From NCBI GenBank assembly GCA_913047375.1, contig CAJWTV010000004.1:12428-76427 (forward strand): a stretch of DNA of 64,000 nt, given 5' to 3'. The notes beneath the pieces are model-generated. The model made no database searches. It saw only the letters and a program-made list of their open reading frames with translations, and had not been told where the DNA came from. Source of the stretch: an uncultured Polaribacter sp. GTDB lineage: Bacteria > Bacteroidota > Bacteroidia > Flavobacteriales > Flavobacteriaceae. The first letter of the stretch is position 1, and each line of letters opens with the position of its first letter. Shown in pieces: positions 8,994 to 20,105 of the stretch. Made by a program: the position numbers and the translations under genes.

Positions 8994-10622
8994 ATGACTG
9001 AGTTTATTAAAAAAAGAGTTAAAAATGTTAGAAATGATATTTTATCAGGAATCACAGTATCACTAGCATTAGTACCTGAGGCTGTCGCATTTGCTTTTGT
9101 AGCAGGTGTAGATCCATTAGTAGGACTGTATGCGGCTTTTATGATAGGATTAATAACCTCTATATTCGGTGGTAGGCCAGGAATGATCTCTGGAGCAACT
9201 GGAGCATTGGCTGTAGTAATGGTCTCATTGGTAGCAGAGGGTAATTCTATGGGTACACCTGATGAAAACTTAGGACTTTACTATTTGTTTTTAACTGTTA
9301 TTTTAATGGGTGTTATTCAGGTATTAGCTGGTCTTTTTAAACTTGGAAAATTTATTCGTTTAATACCACATCCAGTAATGATGGGGTTTGTAAATGGTTT
9401 GGCAATTGTTATTTTCTTATCTCAATTAGGAATGTTTAAACAAACTTTAAATGGTGAAAAAGTTTGGTTAGAAGGAAATAGCTTGTATTTTATGATTGGT
9501 CTAGTTGCTTTGACCATGATGATTATGTGGGGATTACCAAAAATAAAAATAACAAAAAAATTACCAGAAGCTTTAATTGCAATTTTAGTAGTTTCTGGAA
9601 TTGTAGTTTTTTCAAATTTAGATGTTGCAACTGTTGGTTCTTTCATTAAAGATGGAGGAGGAGAAGGTTTAAAAGGTGGTTTTCCAATTCTAGTTCTAGA
9701 GACCTTTTCTAAAATACCAATGAGTATGGATACTTTTTTGTTTATATTCCCTTATGCAGGAATCTTGGCTGCTATTGGTTTAATAGAATCTTTAATGACT
9801 TTAAATTTAATAGACGATTTAACAGAGACTCGTGGTAATTCTAACCGCGAATGTTTAGCCCAAGGTGGTGCTAATATAATTACTGGTTTATTTGGTGGAA
9901 TGGGTGGTTGTGCTATGATTGGTCAATCTATTATTAATATAAAAGGTGGTGGACGAGGTCGATTATCAGGTCTTACTGCAGCAGTATTCTTACTTATATT
10001 TATTCTTTTCGGATCTTCTTACATTGAACAAGTACCAATTGCGGCACTAGTTGGAGTAATGTTTATGGTTGTTATCGGAACATTTGCATGGTCTAGTTTT
10101 AGAATTATCAATAAGATCCCTAAAACAGATCTTTTTGTATTAATATTAGTTTCTGCATTGACTGTAATTTTTGATTTAGCAATAGCAGTAATTGCAGGGG
10201 TAATAGTAAGTGCATTAGTTTTTGCATGGGAAAATGCTAGAAGAATTCGTGCTAGAAAACATTTTAAAGATGATGGTACAAAAGTATATGAAATTTGGGG
10301 GCCTTTATTTTTTGGAAGTATTTCAGCTTTTAATGAAAAGTTTGATATTAAAAACGATCCCACTAGTATAGAAATTGATTTCATAGAAGCTCGTATATCT
10401 GATCACTCAGCAATTGAAGCTATTTTTACGTTAGTTGAAAAGTATCAGGTAGAAAATAAAAAAATTATACTAAAACATTTAAGTGAAGATTGTAAGGTTT
10501 TACTTTATAAAGCAAGTCCCATTTTCACAGGAATTATAGAAGAAGCTATAGATGATCCACGCTATCACTTGGCTGCAAATCCTGAAGACTTTCCAAAGCC
10601 TTTACAAGATTATAAGTTCTAA
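8994..10622 (+). CDS. SulP-family inorganic anion transporter with STAS domain
   Basis: LVPEAVAF, GGRPGMISGATGA, GGMGGCAMIGQS and GPLFFGS. Confidence 0.95.
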   Translation: MTEFIKKRVKNVRNDILSGITVSLALVPEAVAFAFVAGVDPLVGLYAAFMIGLITSIFGGRPGMISGATGALAVVMVSLVAEGNSMGTPDENLGLYYLFLTVILMGVIQVLAGLFKLGKFIRLIPHPVMMGFVNGLAIVIFLSQLGMFKQTLNGEKVWLEGNSLYFMIGLVALTMMIMWGLPKIKITKKLPEALIAILVVSGIVVFSNLDVATVGSFIKDGGGEGLKGGFPILVLETFSKIPMSMDTFLFIFPYAGILAAIGLIESLMTLNLIDDLTETRGNSNRECLAQGGANIITGLFGGMGGCAMIGQSIINIKGGGRGRLSGLTAAVFLLIFILFGSSYIEQVPIAALVGVMFMVVIGTFAWSSFRIINKIPKTDLFVLILVSALTVIFDLAIAVIAGVIVSALVFAWENARRIRARKHFKDDGTKVYEIWGPLFFGSISAFNEKFDIKNDPTSIEIDFIEARISDHSAIEAIFTLVEKYQVENKKIILKHLSEDCKVLLYKASPIFTGIIEEAIDDPRYHLAANPEDFPKPLQDYKF

Positions 10623-10637
10623 TAAATTGTAAATAAT

Positions 10638-10672
10638 AAAAAAAGAGCAACTCTATAAGGTCGCCTTTTTTT
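10638..10672 (-). terminator. Intrinsic terminator between convergent SulP and IorB-like genes
   Basis: Minus-strand stem GGCGAC/GTTGCT (with G-U pairs) flanked by A7/T7 tracts. Confidence 0.6.
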
Positions 10673-10687
10673 ATTTGATTTTTAAGG

Positions 10688-12907
10688 TTAGATTAACCCT
10701 AGGTCAATCAGAGGTAAAGTTCTCACTCGTTGTCCCGTTGCACTAAAAATTGCATTACAAATTGCGGGAGCAATTACAGGTACACCAGGTTCACCAACAC
10801 CAGAAGGTGCCGTTTCCATATTGTCAATGATCGTAATATCTATATTTGGTGTATCTTTCATTCGTGTCATTAGATAGTCATCAAAATTACCTTGTTCTAT
10901 TGCTCCATCTTTAGCTGTAATTTTACCAAATAAAGCAATAGACATGCCAAAGACTGCAGCTCCCTCTAATTGATTTTTAACATTGTCTTTATTTAGTACT
11001 AATCCGCAATCAATCGCCGTCCAAATATTTTCAATTTTTATCTTTTTATTTTTTGCAGAAACTTCAACAATAGTTGCTACATAACTGTAAAAACTATAAT
11101 GAATAGCCAAACCTAAGCCATGCCCTTCAGGTAGTTTTTTACCCCATCCGGACTTTTTAGCAGCAATTTTTAAAACATTTTTCAAACGTTTAGAATTAAA
11201 TGGATGTTCAGATTTTCCTTGAATAACTCTATCTATTCCTAATAACTCTAAATGAAACTCTAAAGGATCTTTATTAGCTTTTGCTGCCAATTCATCAACA
11301 AAAGAATTAATTCCAAATCCACTGTGAATATGAATAACTGATCGCATCCATCCTATCCTAACATATGCTTCAGCTTTTGCATTTTCAAATCTAAAATTTT
11401 CTATTTGATATGGATTATTGATGAATCCTTGCCCTAGTTCAAAACCAGAGGCATAATCAGATAAAGGCTTAAAGCTAGAAACAATAGAAGGGAATGCAGC
11501 TCTGTGAAGCCATCCAGAAACTTGTCCTTCTTTATCTAAAGAACCTTTTAAATATTGTGTGCTCGTAGAATGATAAAAACTATGTTTAATATCATCTTCA
11601 CGAGTCCAAACAACTTGAACAGGACCATTTATTTCTTTTGATAAAGCAACTGCCTCAACCACAAAATCTGATTTAGATTTTCTTCCAAATCCACCACCTA
11701 AAAAAGTAACATTAACTGTAACATTTTCTAATGCTAAATTAAAAAAATGTGCAATTTCACTTCTTACTGTCTGTGGATCTTGAACAGGAGCCCAAACTTC
11801 ACAAGAGTCTCCTTTAAACCAAGCTGTTGCGTTTGGAACTTCCATTGGAGCGTGAACTAAGTGTGGTACATGATATGTTGCTTCAATAATATCCTTACTT
11901 TCTTTAAATGCGGTTGCTACATTTCCACGACTTCCAGGAACTAATTTTCCGTTTTTTTGAAGTCTTTTTTTAATTTTTTGATTGTACGAATCTGTATTAT
12001 AGCTTTTATTATCGCCTAAGTCCCATTCAATATCTAAGTTTAATTTTCCTTGAAAAGCGGCCCATGTATTATTAGCGATAACAGCTACACCTCCAAGCAT
12101 TCCAAAAAACTTACCTGTTGGAGGAACCAATCTATCGATTTGAATAATTTTATCAACTCCTTTAATATTCTTAGCGTCTGATTTATTTATACTTTTAACC
12201 GAACCAAAAGTTACTGGACATCTTGCAATTGCAGCAAATTTCATGTTAGGAATTTTTTTATCCATTCCGTAAATAGCTGTCCCATTCGTAAAATCTTTTA
12301 AGTCGATACTCTTTAAGTTTTTACCTATGTATTTAAAATCTTTAATTTCTTTTAATTTGATATTTTCTGTATCAGGTATTTTTACTTTCGAAGCCTCCTC
12401 TACTAAATCACCAAAGAAAATTTTCTCATTATTTTTTGTATTTCTTATGTAGTGATTTTCTGCAACACACTCATTACTTGAAATCCCCCATCTTTTTGAA
12501 GCTGCAGAAATTAGCATCATTTTCACAGTTGCACCCATCTTACGCATAGGCTCCAACATTGTTCTTACACTCCTTGAACCATCTGTATTTTGATTGCCAT
12601 ACTTTTCGTGCCCTACTGCTTGTTCAACAGATATGTAATCCCAATCTGCTTCTAATTCGTCTGCAATTGCAGATGCTAAGGAAGTTCGAATTCCTTGTCC
12701 CATTTCAGATCGTGAGGCTATTAAAGTAATTTTTCCATTTTTATTAATGTTAACAAAGAGATTTGGGGAAAATGAGTTTTTATCTGAGGAGCTAGGTACA
12801 AATTCCTTTTTATCTCCTGAAACATTACAACCTAGAATAATTCCTCCAGTAGCTAATCCAAAAACCTTTACAAAGTTCCGTCTACTTAAATTTTGAATTT
12901 TAGTCAT
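10688..12907 (-). CDS. Xanthine dehydrogenase-family molybdopterin subunit (isoquinoline 1-oxidoreductase beta-like), Tat-exported
   Basis: SRRNFVK twin-arginine motif, [26 protein letters not shown] and GVGEPG. Confidence 0.92.
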   Translation of the reverse strand: MTKIQNLSRRNFVKVFGLATGGIILGCNVSGDKKEFVPSSSDKNSFSPNLFVNINKNGKITLIASRSEMGQGIRTSLASAIADELEADWDYISVEQAVGHEKYGNQNTDGSRSVRTMLEPMRKMGATVKMMLISAASKRWGISSNECVAENHYIRNTKNNEKIFFGDLVEEASKVKIPDTENIKLKEIKDFKYIGKNLKSIDLKDFTNGTAIYGMDKKIPNMKFAAIARCPVTFGSVKSINKSDAKNIKGVDKIIQIDRLVPPTGKFFGMLGGVAVIANNTWAAFQGKLNLDIEWDLGDNKSYNTDSYNQKIKKRLQKNGKLVPGSRGNVATAFKESKDIIEATYHVPHLVHAPMEVPNATAWFKGDSCEVWAPVQDPQTVRSEIAHFFNLALENVTVNVTFLGGGFGRKSKSDFVVEAVALSKEINGPVQVVWTREDDIKHSFYHSTSTQYLKGSLDKEGQVSGWLHRAAFPSIVSSFKPLSDYASGFELGQGFINNPYQIENFRFENAKAEAYVRIGWMRSVIHIHSGFGINSFVDELAAKANKDPLEFHLELLGIDRVIQGKSEHPFNSKRLKNVLKIAAKKSGWGKKLPEGHGLGLAIHYSFYSYVATIVEVSAKNKKIKIENIWTAIDCGLVLNKDNVKNQLEGAAVFGMSIALFGKITAKDGAIEQGNFDDYLMTRMKDTPNIDITIIDNMETAPSGVGEPGVPVIAPAICNAIFSATGQRVRTLPLIDLGLI

Positions 12908-13364
12908 TATCATTCATTTTAAGTTCGACTGCTTTGTGAATTGCTTTTTTAATTCGAGTATAGGTTCCACATCTACAAATATTACCGCTCATTGCATTAT
13001 CAATATCCTCGTTTGTTGGTTTTTCGATTTTATCTAATAGAGCAGTCGCAGCAATTAATTGACCAGATTGACAAAAGCCACATTGTGGTACGTTACCCTG
13101 ATGCCATGCCTCGCGAAGAAACTCTAAGTTTTTTGAAGATCCCTCTATTGTAAATATTTCTTTCCCTTCTACATACGAAATAGGGATACTACAAGATTTC
13201 ATTAAATTACCATTAATTAAAACAGAACAAGCTCCACATTGACTTAGACCACAACCAAACTTAGTTCCAGTTAGGCCAATAATATCTCTAATAGCCCAAA
13301 GTAATGGCATTTCATTTTGAGCTTCTATGGAAAAATTTTTTCCATTTATTGAAAGGGATTTCAT
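12900..13364 (-). CDS. (2Fe-2S)-binding small subunit (IorA/CoxS-like)
   Basis: GTKFGCGLSQCGACSV, QCGFCQSGQ and NICRCGTY. Confidence 0.95.
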   Translation of the reverse strand: MKSLSINGKNFSIEAQNEMPLLWAIRDIIGLTGTKFGCGLSQCGACSVLINGNLMKSCSIPISYVEGKEIFTIEGSSKNLEFLREAWHQGNVPQCGFCQSGQLIAATALLDKIEKPTNEDIDNAMSGNICRCGTYTRIKKAIHKAVELKMNDND

Positions 13365-13428
13365 GTTTATTGGATATTTATATCAGCAAGTTACGTTTTT
13401 TTTAAATTATTTAAAAAACAGCAAGATT

Positions 13429-14313
13429 TTATTTTTCAAATAAGTTAGAAAGTGCCTTTGATAAAGATTTAAATTTAAACTGAAAACCTACTTCTTCAAT
13501 TTTTTTTGAGGACAACCTACTTCCTTCTAATAATATAATGGCTAATTCTCCAAAGAACAATTTCAACAGAATACTTGGAATTGCTAATGGCAAAAACGGT
13601 TTTTTTATTTTTTCAGCTAATATTTTAGAAAAAGATTTGCTATTATGAAATTCTGGGCTTACGGCATTGAAAATACCAGAAATCTTGTTTTCAATTATAG
13701 TAGTGTATATATAGCATAAATCGTCAATATGAATCCATGATAAATATTGATTTCCTGAACCTAAAGGAGATACTATTGGTGTTTTCATTTTTTCTAAAGC
13801 TCCCCCATTTTTAGATAATACTATACCTGATCTTAAAATGGTTACAGGTATATTTAGTTTTTCAAATTGATGAGCAGATATTTCCCACTTTAGACAAACA
13901 TCACCTAAAAAATCATTACCGGCTTTATCTGTTTCTTCAAAGATTTTCTTCACTGTTTTTGCTCCGTAAAAATTACTACCTGAGGATGATATAAATCCTT
14001 TTAAAGAAATATTTAATTCTTTTATTTTTGAGAAAATTAAATTAGCTGTCTCAACTCTACTGTTTATAATTAATTTTTTACGTTCTGTAGTCCATCGTTT
14101 GTCAGCAATTCCTGCGCCTGCCAGATGAATTATATAATCTAAATTAATTAGAGCTTTTTCATCAATATAATTCGAAGTAACATCCCATTTGTATTCGTTT
14201 TTTGCTGAAGGATTTCTACTTAATATTCTTACATCATGCTTTTTTGATAGTAAGATTTGAGTAAGTCTTTTTCCAACTAAACCTGTTCCCCCGGTAATTA
14301 AGATTTTTGCCAT
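13429..14313 (-). CDS. TIGR01777-family NAD-dependent epimerase/oxidoreductase
   Basis: ITGGTGLVG, IHLAGAGIADKRWT and SWIHIDD. Confidence 0.92.
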   Translation of the reverse strand: MAKILITGGTGLVGKRLTQILLSKKHDVRILSRNPSAKNEYKWDVTSNYIDEKALINLDYIIHLAGAGIADKRWTTERKKLIINSRVETANLIFSKIKELNISLKGFISSSGSNFYGAKTVKKIFEETDKAGNDFLGDVCLKWEISAHQFEKLNIPVTILRSGIVLSKNGGALEKMKTPIVSPLGSGNQYLSWIHIDDLCYIYTTIIENKISGIFNAVSPEFHNSKSFSKILAEKIKKPFLPLAIPSILLKLFFGELAIILLEGSRLSSKKIEEVGFQFKFKSLSKALSNLFEK

Positions 14314-14324
14314 ATTGCAAAAAT

Positions 14325-14356
14325 AAAAAAAACCGTAGTCTAAAAGACTACGGTTT
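14325..14356 (-). terminator. Intrinsic terminator of the metalloprotease gene; its U-tract abuts the TATTTTTG promoter (14318-14325) of the next gene
   Basis: Perfect AAACCGTAGTCT/AGACTACGGTTT stem plus T-run on the minus strand. Confidence 0.85.
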
Positions 14357-14377
14357 GTATAAATAATTCTTATGTGA

Positions 14378-16993
14378 TTATTTAATTTCTTTCATCGCAT
14401 TTGTAATTAATGTTCTTAAGTGATTTTTATGGGCTTTTGTAGCTATATCACCTTTTCCATTACTTACCCAATTTTTGATATTTTTTAAATTATAAATCGC
14501 CATCGATTTTGCAGCTATTGGATATCTGTTATTTGATTTTCCAGAAATTATTTTAATCAAACCTTTTGTGTAGGCTGCTTGAAGGTTTTGACGAAATGAA
14601 TTTATGGTGCCATAAACATCTTGTTTAAACATCATGTTATTTAGGTCCGTCATATAAGTGGCTAGTTTGTATTTATTACCATACAATTCCGAGTTAGAAA
14701 TTCTTTGAAGCGTATTTGGATGAGTAATATGTGCTAAAACCTTGGTCTGATATCCTAATACTTGTTCGTGGATTTTAGGATCTTCAGGCCCACCAAAGAA
14801 ATTAAAACCACGTCTTTGTTTTGCAAGATAGTTATACAAATCATTTGGTGCACTAAATGCATCTGACGCAAACACATATTTATTTAATGCGTCCATTGCT
14901 CTTTTTTGGTCCTTTAAGCTTACTGGTGTGAATGGCATAGTGCCTCCAGTTTGTCCAGGCTTTGCTCTATCAACATAAACCCCTCCAATAAATCTTGAGA
15001 TTATTCCAGCAGCTGTTGAAGACTGTCCACTTAATATATAATAGGCTTGTCCTAATTGCATGTATGATTCTCCAGAGTTGCCAAATCGTGTTTTGATATC
15101 TTTCATCATTTTATTAACTAATTCAATTCTATCAATGGAATAGCGAATTTGATCATTAGACATATCTCCGATCATTACTCTTGGGTCTATTGCTTTTCCA
15201 GGGGAACGCATGTCATCAGCATCATTCCCAAAAATTAAAGCAGGTTCAGTAGATCTAGCTAATAAAGCATCTCTTTCAATTTTCGATTTAAATGGAGTAT
15301 ATCCAAATTGAATTGCCCATATATCATAAGGTCCAACTGCCATATCATAGTATTGTCCTTGTTTTTTTCTATCAGCAGTTAAATTAATTCCAGCATAATC
15401 CATTACAGATCCTGTTAGTGCTTTTCCTTCAATGAAACTTACATCAGCTAATTGTTCTGGAGAGAATAATTGACTAGCCTTCATATTATGATTTAATCCA
15501 AGTGTATGTCCAATTTCATGCATGATTAAAGATTTCATCCCTTGCTCTTTCATTCCTTCCATTTCTAAATCCGATGCACCCGAAGCGGCTAAAACGGTCT
15601 TGCCAAACAAGGTGTTTTCATGCATTAGATGTCCTTTAGAACAATATAGATGATGATTTTTATTTTGAAAGAATTTAATCTTTTCTTCTTCTTCAGTTTC
15701 TGCGGTGAATTCTGATGCTGCTGCATTTTTAAAGATTCGCTCATAATAAACTCTATTGGTAAAATGCACATATTCTAACATTATATCAGACCCTAAAATC
15801 TCTCCAGTTCGTGGATTCACAAAACTCGGCCCATAGCCTCCAAATGGTGGGTTTGGAGAGGAGGTCCAGCGTAAAACATTGTAGCGTACATCTCCAGCAT
15901 CCCAATCTGCATCATCTGGTTGTATTTTTACGACCATTGCTTTTTTAAATCCAGCTTTTTCAAAAGCTTCGTTCCATGCTAGAACTCCATTTTTTATAGT
16001 TTCTCTAAATTCAACAGGGGTACTGTTTTCAATCCACCAAGTAATTGGTTTTACAGGCTCAGAAATTACTGCATCTGGATTTTTTTTAATCAATTTCCAT
16101 CGATGAATAAAATCTCTATAATTAACAACATCTGTAGATGTCATATTGTTTGTTTGTGTTAAGAAATACCCAACTCTAGAGTCATCCATTCTTGTATTAT
16201 AATTATCCGAAGGCATATTCATAAACGTATGAAAAACTTTTATAGACACATTTCTTCCGTCCGTTATTGCTTTCCCACCTCCGTTTAAAACACCTGGGTT
16301 ACTATATACATACTCAGTTTTGACATTTGTATTTTCCGGATAATTTTTAATTTCATTGATTTTAGATTTTTCTTTATTAAAACTCCCTAACTTAAAAGCT
16401 AGTGGGGATTGTCCAGGAAAACGAGGTCCTTTAATTCTTGTAAATGTTTCAGATAAAAACAAGCCATCTGCAGCAATTAAATATTCTCCTTTTTTGTCAT
16501 CTTTAGCAAGAATTTTTCCACTCGCAATTACAGCATCACTTATATTGGCTTTAGAGGATTTAGAGATTGCATTTTCTGTATTGAAATAAAAAGCAGTATT
16601 TGGAGCTACAAACTCTATTTTATTAAAGTATTTTTTTACCTGAAAAACACTAGACCCTTTAAAAGACCCTCTAAATTGCCCAGCTTCTGTTACCCCATCT
16701 GCAATTTGAGAAAAGTAAATAAAGTCTTTATCTAATTGTTCTTTTTTAACTAACAGTTTTGTTGTTCCTGTTATTGTATCTTGAAATATAGTGAATAAAC
16801 CTTCAATTTTTTTACTACTTTTTGTAAGTTCCTGTATTGTTTTACTTTTCTTTTTTGGATTTTTTTTCTTTGCAGTCAATTCAATTTTTGCAGCTTTTTT
16901 CTTTTTCCAAAACTGTGCCTTTGTATCTTGAACACCTATGATTGCTAGTATTAATATGAATGAGGACAGATTTTTAAATGTGGAGGCTTTCAT
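14378..16993 (-). CDS. Secreted zinc-dependent metalloprotease (DUF5117/DUF4953, EcxA-like metzincin)
   Basis: Signal peptide, DSRVGYF, HEIGHTLGLNH and SVMDY Met-turn. Confidence 0.9.
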   Translation of the reverse strand: MKASTFKNLSSFILILAIIGVQDTKAQFWKKKKAAKIELTAKKKNPKKKSKTIQELTKSSKKIEGLFTIFQDTITGTTKLLVKKEQLDKDFIYFSQIADGVTEAGQFRGSFKGSSVFQVKKYFNKIEFVAPNTAFYFNTENAISKSSKANISDAVIASGKILAKDDKKGEYLIAADGLFLSETFTRIKGPRFPGQSPLAFKLGSFNKEKSKINEIKNYPENTNVKTEYVYSNPGVLNGGGKAITDGRNVSIKVFHTFMNMPSDNYNTRMDDSRVGYFLTQTNNMTSTDVVNYRDFIHRWKLIKKNPDAVISEPVKPITWWIENSTPVEFRETIKNGVLAWNEAFEKAGFKKAMVVKIQPDDADWDAGDVRYNVLRWTSSPNPPFGGYGPSFVNPRTGEILGSDIMLEYVHFTNRVYYERIFKNAAASEFTAETEEEEKIKFFQNKNHHLYCSKGHLMHENTLFGKTVLAASGASDLEMEGMKEQGMKSLIMHEIGHTLGLNHNMKASQLFSPEQLADVSFIEGKALTGSVMDYAGINLTADRKKQGQYYDMAVGPYDIWAIQFGYTPFKSKIERDALLARSTEPALIFGNDADDMRSPGKAIDPRVMIGDMSNDQIRYSIDRIELVNKMMKDIKTRFGNSGESYMQLGQAYYILSGQSSTAAGIISRFIGGVYVDRAKPGQTGGTMPFTPVSLKDQKRAMDALNKYVFASDAFSAPNDLYNYLAKQRRGFNFFGGPEDPKIHEQVLGYQTKVLAHITHPNTLQRISNSELYGNKYKLATYMTDLNNMMFKQDVYGTINSFRQNLQAAYTKGLIKIISGKSNNRYPIAAKSMAIYNLKNIKNWVSNGKGDIATKAHKNHLRTLITNAMKEIK

Positions 16994-17345
16994 TGTTTTT
17001 ATATTTTAAAATTGATTATAATTTACCTTGTTGAGGTAAATATTGGCATGTAATTATAGAATTAAATTAATTGTACTTAAAAGTATAAATTTAATTAATA
17101 AATGCGAAAAAGAGATAGATCTATAATTATCTTTTATTTGCGCAATATTTAGATCATTTCAAACAATAAAATAAATGATTCGCATCATTACTATTTTCAT
17201 TATACTGAAAAAAAATATTAAAAATATAGATTTAATAGTATTATTACTAGGTATTAATCGCATTATCAAAATTTCTAATTCATAAATCTATTAAAGCTAT
17301 GTTAATATTTTCACACACATCCATTAAAGCCGTATTTTTACACTG

Positions 17346-18470
17346 ATGATAAATGATACGAAAAGAAGCGGTTTTATATTTAAAACTTACAAAGCAAAAG
17401 ATCAATCTATTTTTGAGATGCTTTTTGAGATATTTAAAGAGTTAATCACTCATACGTCTGGAGACTTTGATGAAGCAATTGATTGGTTACGCTCTTTAGA
17501 TAAGGAATACAAGTTAACAAATGAAAATTATACTATTGACGATTTCATCGAAGACCTTAAAAAGAAAGGTTACATTAAAGAAGAGGTTAAAAGTGATGGG
17601 CTTGGAGAAATGAAAATAACTTCAAAGACAGAACGAGCTATTCGCCAACAAGCATTAAATCATATTTTTGGTAAAATAAAAAGAAATGGAAATGGGAACC
17701 ATAAAAGTAAGTCCTCTGGAATTGGAGATGAGCATACAGGAGATTTTAGAAATTATCAATTTGGGGACTCTCTAGATAAAGTTTCTCTCACAGAGAGTAT
17801 CATAAATGCCCAAATCAATAATGGGATTGATGATTTTAATTTAACGGAGAATGACTTGGTTGTCGAACAGACGCTTCATAAAAGTCAAATGAGTACTGTT
17901 TTAATGATAGATATCAGTCATTCTATGATTTTATATGGTGAAGATAGAATCACGCCTGCGAAAAAAGTTGCTATGGCTCTAGCAGAGTTAATTACTACTC
18001 GCTACCCAAAAGATACAATAGATATTATTGTCTTTGGAAATGACGCTTGGTCTATAAAAATTAAGGAGTTACCCTATTTACAAGTAGGACCTTATCATAC
18101 AAATACAGTAGCAGGTCTAAATCTTGCGATGGATATACTTCGAAGAAAAAGAAATACTAATAAACAAATATTTATGATTACTGATGGTAAGCCAAGTTGT
18201 CTACGTTTACCAGACGGGGAGTATTACAAAAACAGCAATGGTCTTGACGAATATATTGTGAATAAATGCTATGCAATGGCACAAAAAGCAAGGAAATTAC
18301 ACATACCTATTACCACTTTTATGATAGCAGAAGATCCATATTTAATGCAATTTGTGAGAGCATTTACTCAAGCAAACCAAGGAAAAGCATTTTATACAGG
18401 TCTAAAAGGATTAGGAGAAATGATTTTTGAAGATTACGAAACAAATAGAAAAAAAAGAATAAAAGGATAA
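17346..18470 (+). CDS. VWA-domain protein
   Basis: MIDAS DISHSM, TNT and ITDGKP. Confidence 0.9.
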   Translation: MINDTKRSGFIFKTYKAKDQSIFEMLFEIFKELITHTSGDFDEAIDWLRSLDKEYKLTNENYTIDDFIEDLKKKGYIKEEVKSDGLGEMKITSKTERAIRQQALNHIFGKIKRNGNGNHKSKSSGIGDEHTGDFRNYQFGDSLDKVSLTESIINAQINNGIDDFNLTENDLVVEQTLHKSQMSTVLMIDISHSMILYGEDRITPAKKVAMALAELITTRYPKDTIDIIVFGNDAWSIKIKELPYLQVGPYHTNTVAGLNLAMDILRRKRNTNKQIFMITDGKPSCLRLPDGEYYKNSNGLDEYIVNKCYAMAQKARKLHIPITTFMIAEDPYLMQFVRAFTQANQGKAFYTGLKGLGEMIFEDYETNRKKRIKG

Positions 18471-19937
18471 ATGAATTTAGAAAGCATTAGAACATTAGGA
18501 GAATTAAAGAAGTCTGGTTATAAATCAAAATCAATTAAAGATGAGCTAAGAGAAAACTTAATCAGTAAAATGATGAGTAAAGAAACTGTTTTTAAAGGAG
18601 TTCATGGTTACGAGAATACTGTGATACCTGAGTTAGAACGAGCTATTTTAAGTAAACATAATATTAATTTATTAGGTTTACGTGGGCAAGCAAAAACAAG
18701 ATTAGCAAGATTAATGATCAATTTATTAGATGAGTTTATTCCCGTCGTAGAAGGTTCTGAAATTAATGATGATCCATTGAATCCCATTTCGAGATTTGCT
18801 ATTGAGATTATTAAAGAAAAAGGTGATAAAACACCGATATTTTGGTTAGAACGTGAACAACGTTTTGCAGAGAAATTAGCAACTCCAGATGTAACTGTTG
18901 CAGATATAATTGGAGATGTAGATCCAATAAAAGCTGCAAATTTAAAATTAACTTATGCTGATGACAGAGTAATTCATTACGGTATGATTCCTAGAGCAAA
19001 TCGATGTATTTTTGTAATTAATGAATTACCAGATTTACAAGCTAGAATTCAGGTAGCTTTATTTAATATATTACAAGAAGGGGATATTCAGATTAGGGGG
19101 TTTAAACTCCGTTTACCGTTAGATATGCAATTTGTATTTACAGCAAACCCAGAAGATTACACGAATAGAGGTAGTATAGTTACTCCATTAAAAGATAGAA
19201 TTGGCTCACAGATTTTAACTCATTATCCAGAAGATATAGAAACAGCTAAAACTATTACAGAACAAGAATCTAATAAATCGAGTTCACAAAAAGAGTTTAT
19301 TCAAGTTCCAGAATTAGCAAAAGATTTGTTGGAACAAATTGTTTTTGAAGCTAGAGAAAGTGATTTTATAGATTCAAAAAGTGGAGTAAGTGCTCGTTTG
19401 AGTATTTCTGCTTATGAAAATTTATTAAGTACTGCAGAAAGAAGAGCATTGCTTTCAGGAGAAGATAAAACTACAATTCGCTTAGGAGATTTTGATGGAA
19501 TTATACCAGCTATTACAGGGAAAGTAGAACTTGTATATGAAGGCGAACAAGAAGGAGCTCAAGTTGTAGCAGAAACTTTAATTAAAAATGCAATAAAAAC
19601 ACTGTTTACATCTTATTTTCCTGAAATTAAAAAATTACAAAAACAGGAAGAAGAGACTCCATATGATGATATCGTTTCGTGGTTTTTTAACGCTAACGAA
19701 GATTTTGAATTATTAGATGATTATTCAGAAAAAAAATACGAAAAGGAATTAGATAAAATAATACCGTTGAATGATTTCTTAAAAAAACATCAGCCAAACA
19801 TGAATAATAACGATACATATTTTGTGAAAGAATTTGTGCTTTGGGCTCTTGTTGAATACAAAAAATTAAGTAAACACAGATACGCAGAGGGAACACAGTT
19901 TAAGGATCCTTATGGTAGTTTTTTAAAAGGATTATAA
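18471..19937 (+). CDS. AAA+ ATPase (Mg-chelatase ChlI/MoxR-like)
   Basis: Variant Walker A GLRGQAKT, Walker B-like FVINELPDL, TANPEDYTNRG; starts immediately after the VWA stop. Confidence 0.88.
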   Translation: MNLESIRTLGELKKSGYKSKSIKDELRENLISKMMSKETVFKGVHGYENTVIPELERAILSKHNINLLGLRGQAKTRLARLMINLLDEFIPVVEGSEINDDPLNPISRFAIEIIKEKGDKTPIFWLEREQRFAEKLATPDVTVADIIGDVDPIKAANLKLTYADDRVIHYGMIPRANRCIFVINELPDLQARIQVALFNILQEGDIQIRGFKLRLPLDMQFVFTANPEDYTNRGSIVTPLKDRIGSQILTHYPEDIETAKTITEQESNKSSSQKEFIQVPELAKDLLEQIVFEARESDFIDSKSGVSARLSISAYENLLSTAERRALLSGEDKTTIRLGDFDGIIPAITGKVELVYEGEQEGAQVVAETLIKNAIKTLFTSYFPEIKKLQKQEEETPYDDIVSWFFNANEDFELLDDYSEKKYEKELDKIIPLNDFLKKHQPNMNNNDTYFVKEFVLWALVEYKKLSKHRYAEGTQFKDPYGSFLKGL

Positions 19938-19963
19938 TTAATTATTTAGTAATTACACAATAT

Positions 19964-19995
19964 GACCGAATTATATCTATAATTCGGTTTTTTTT
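19964..19995 (+). terminator. Intrinsic terminator
   Basis: ACCGAATTATA/TATAATTCGGT stem followed by T-run. Confidence 0.85.
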
Positions 19996-20105
19996 GGACA
20001 TTTATTCCGAAGGTTTATTCAATCGGTACTATCCCATTCTCTTAAATCTCAAAATTAATAAAATAAAACTGAAAATTTTAAAGTAAAACTAATGTCATTA
20101 ATCTA

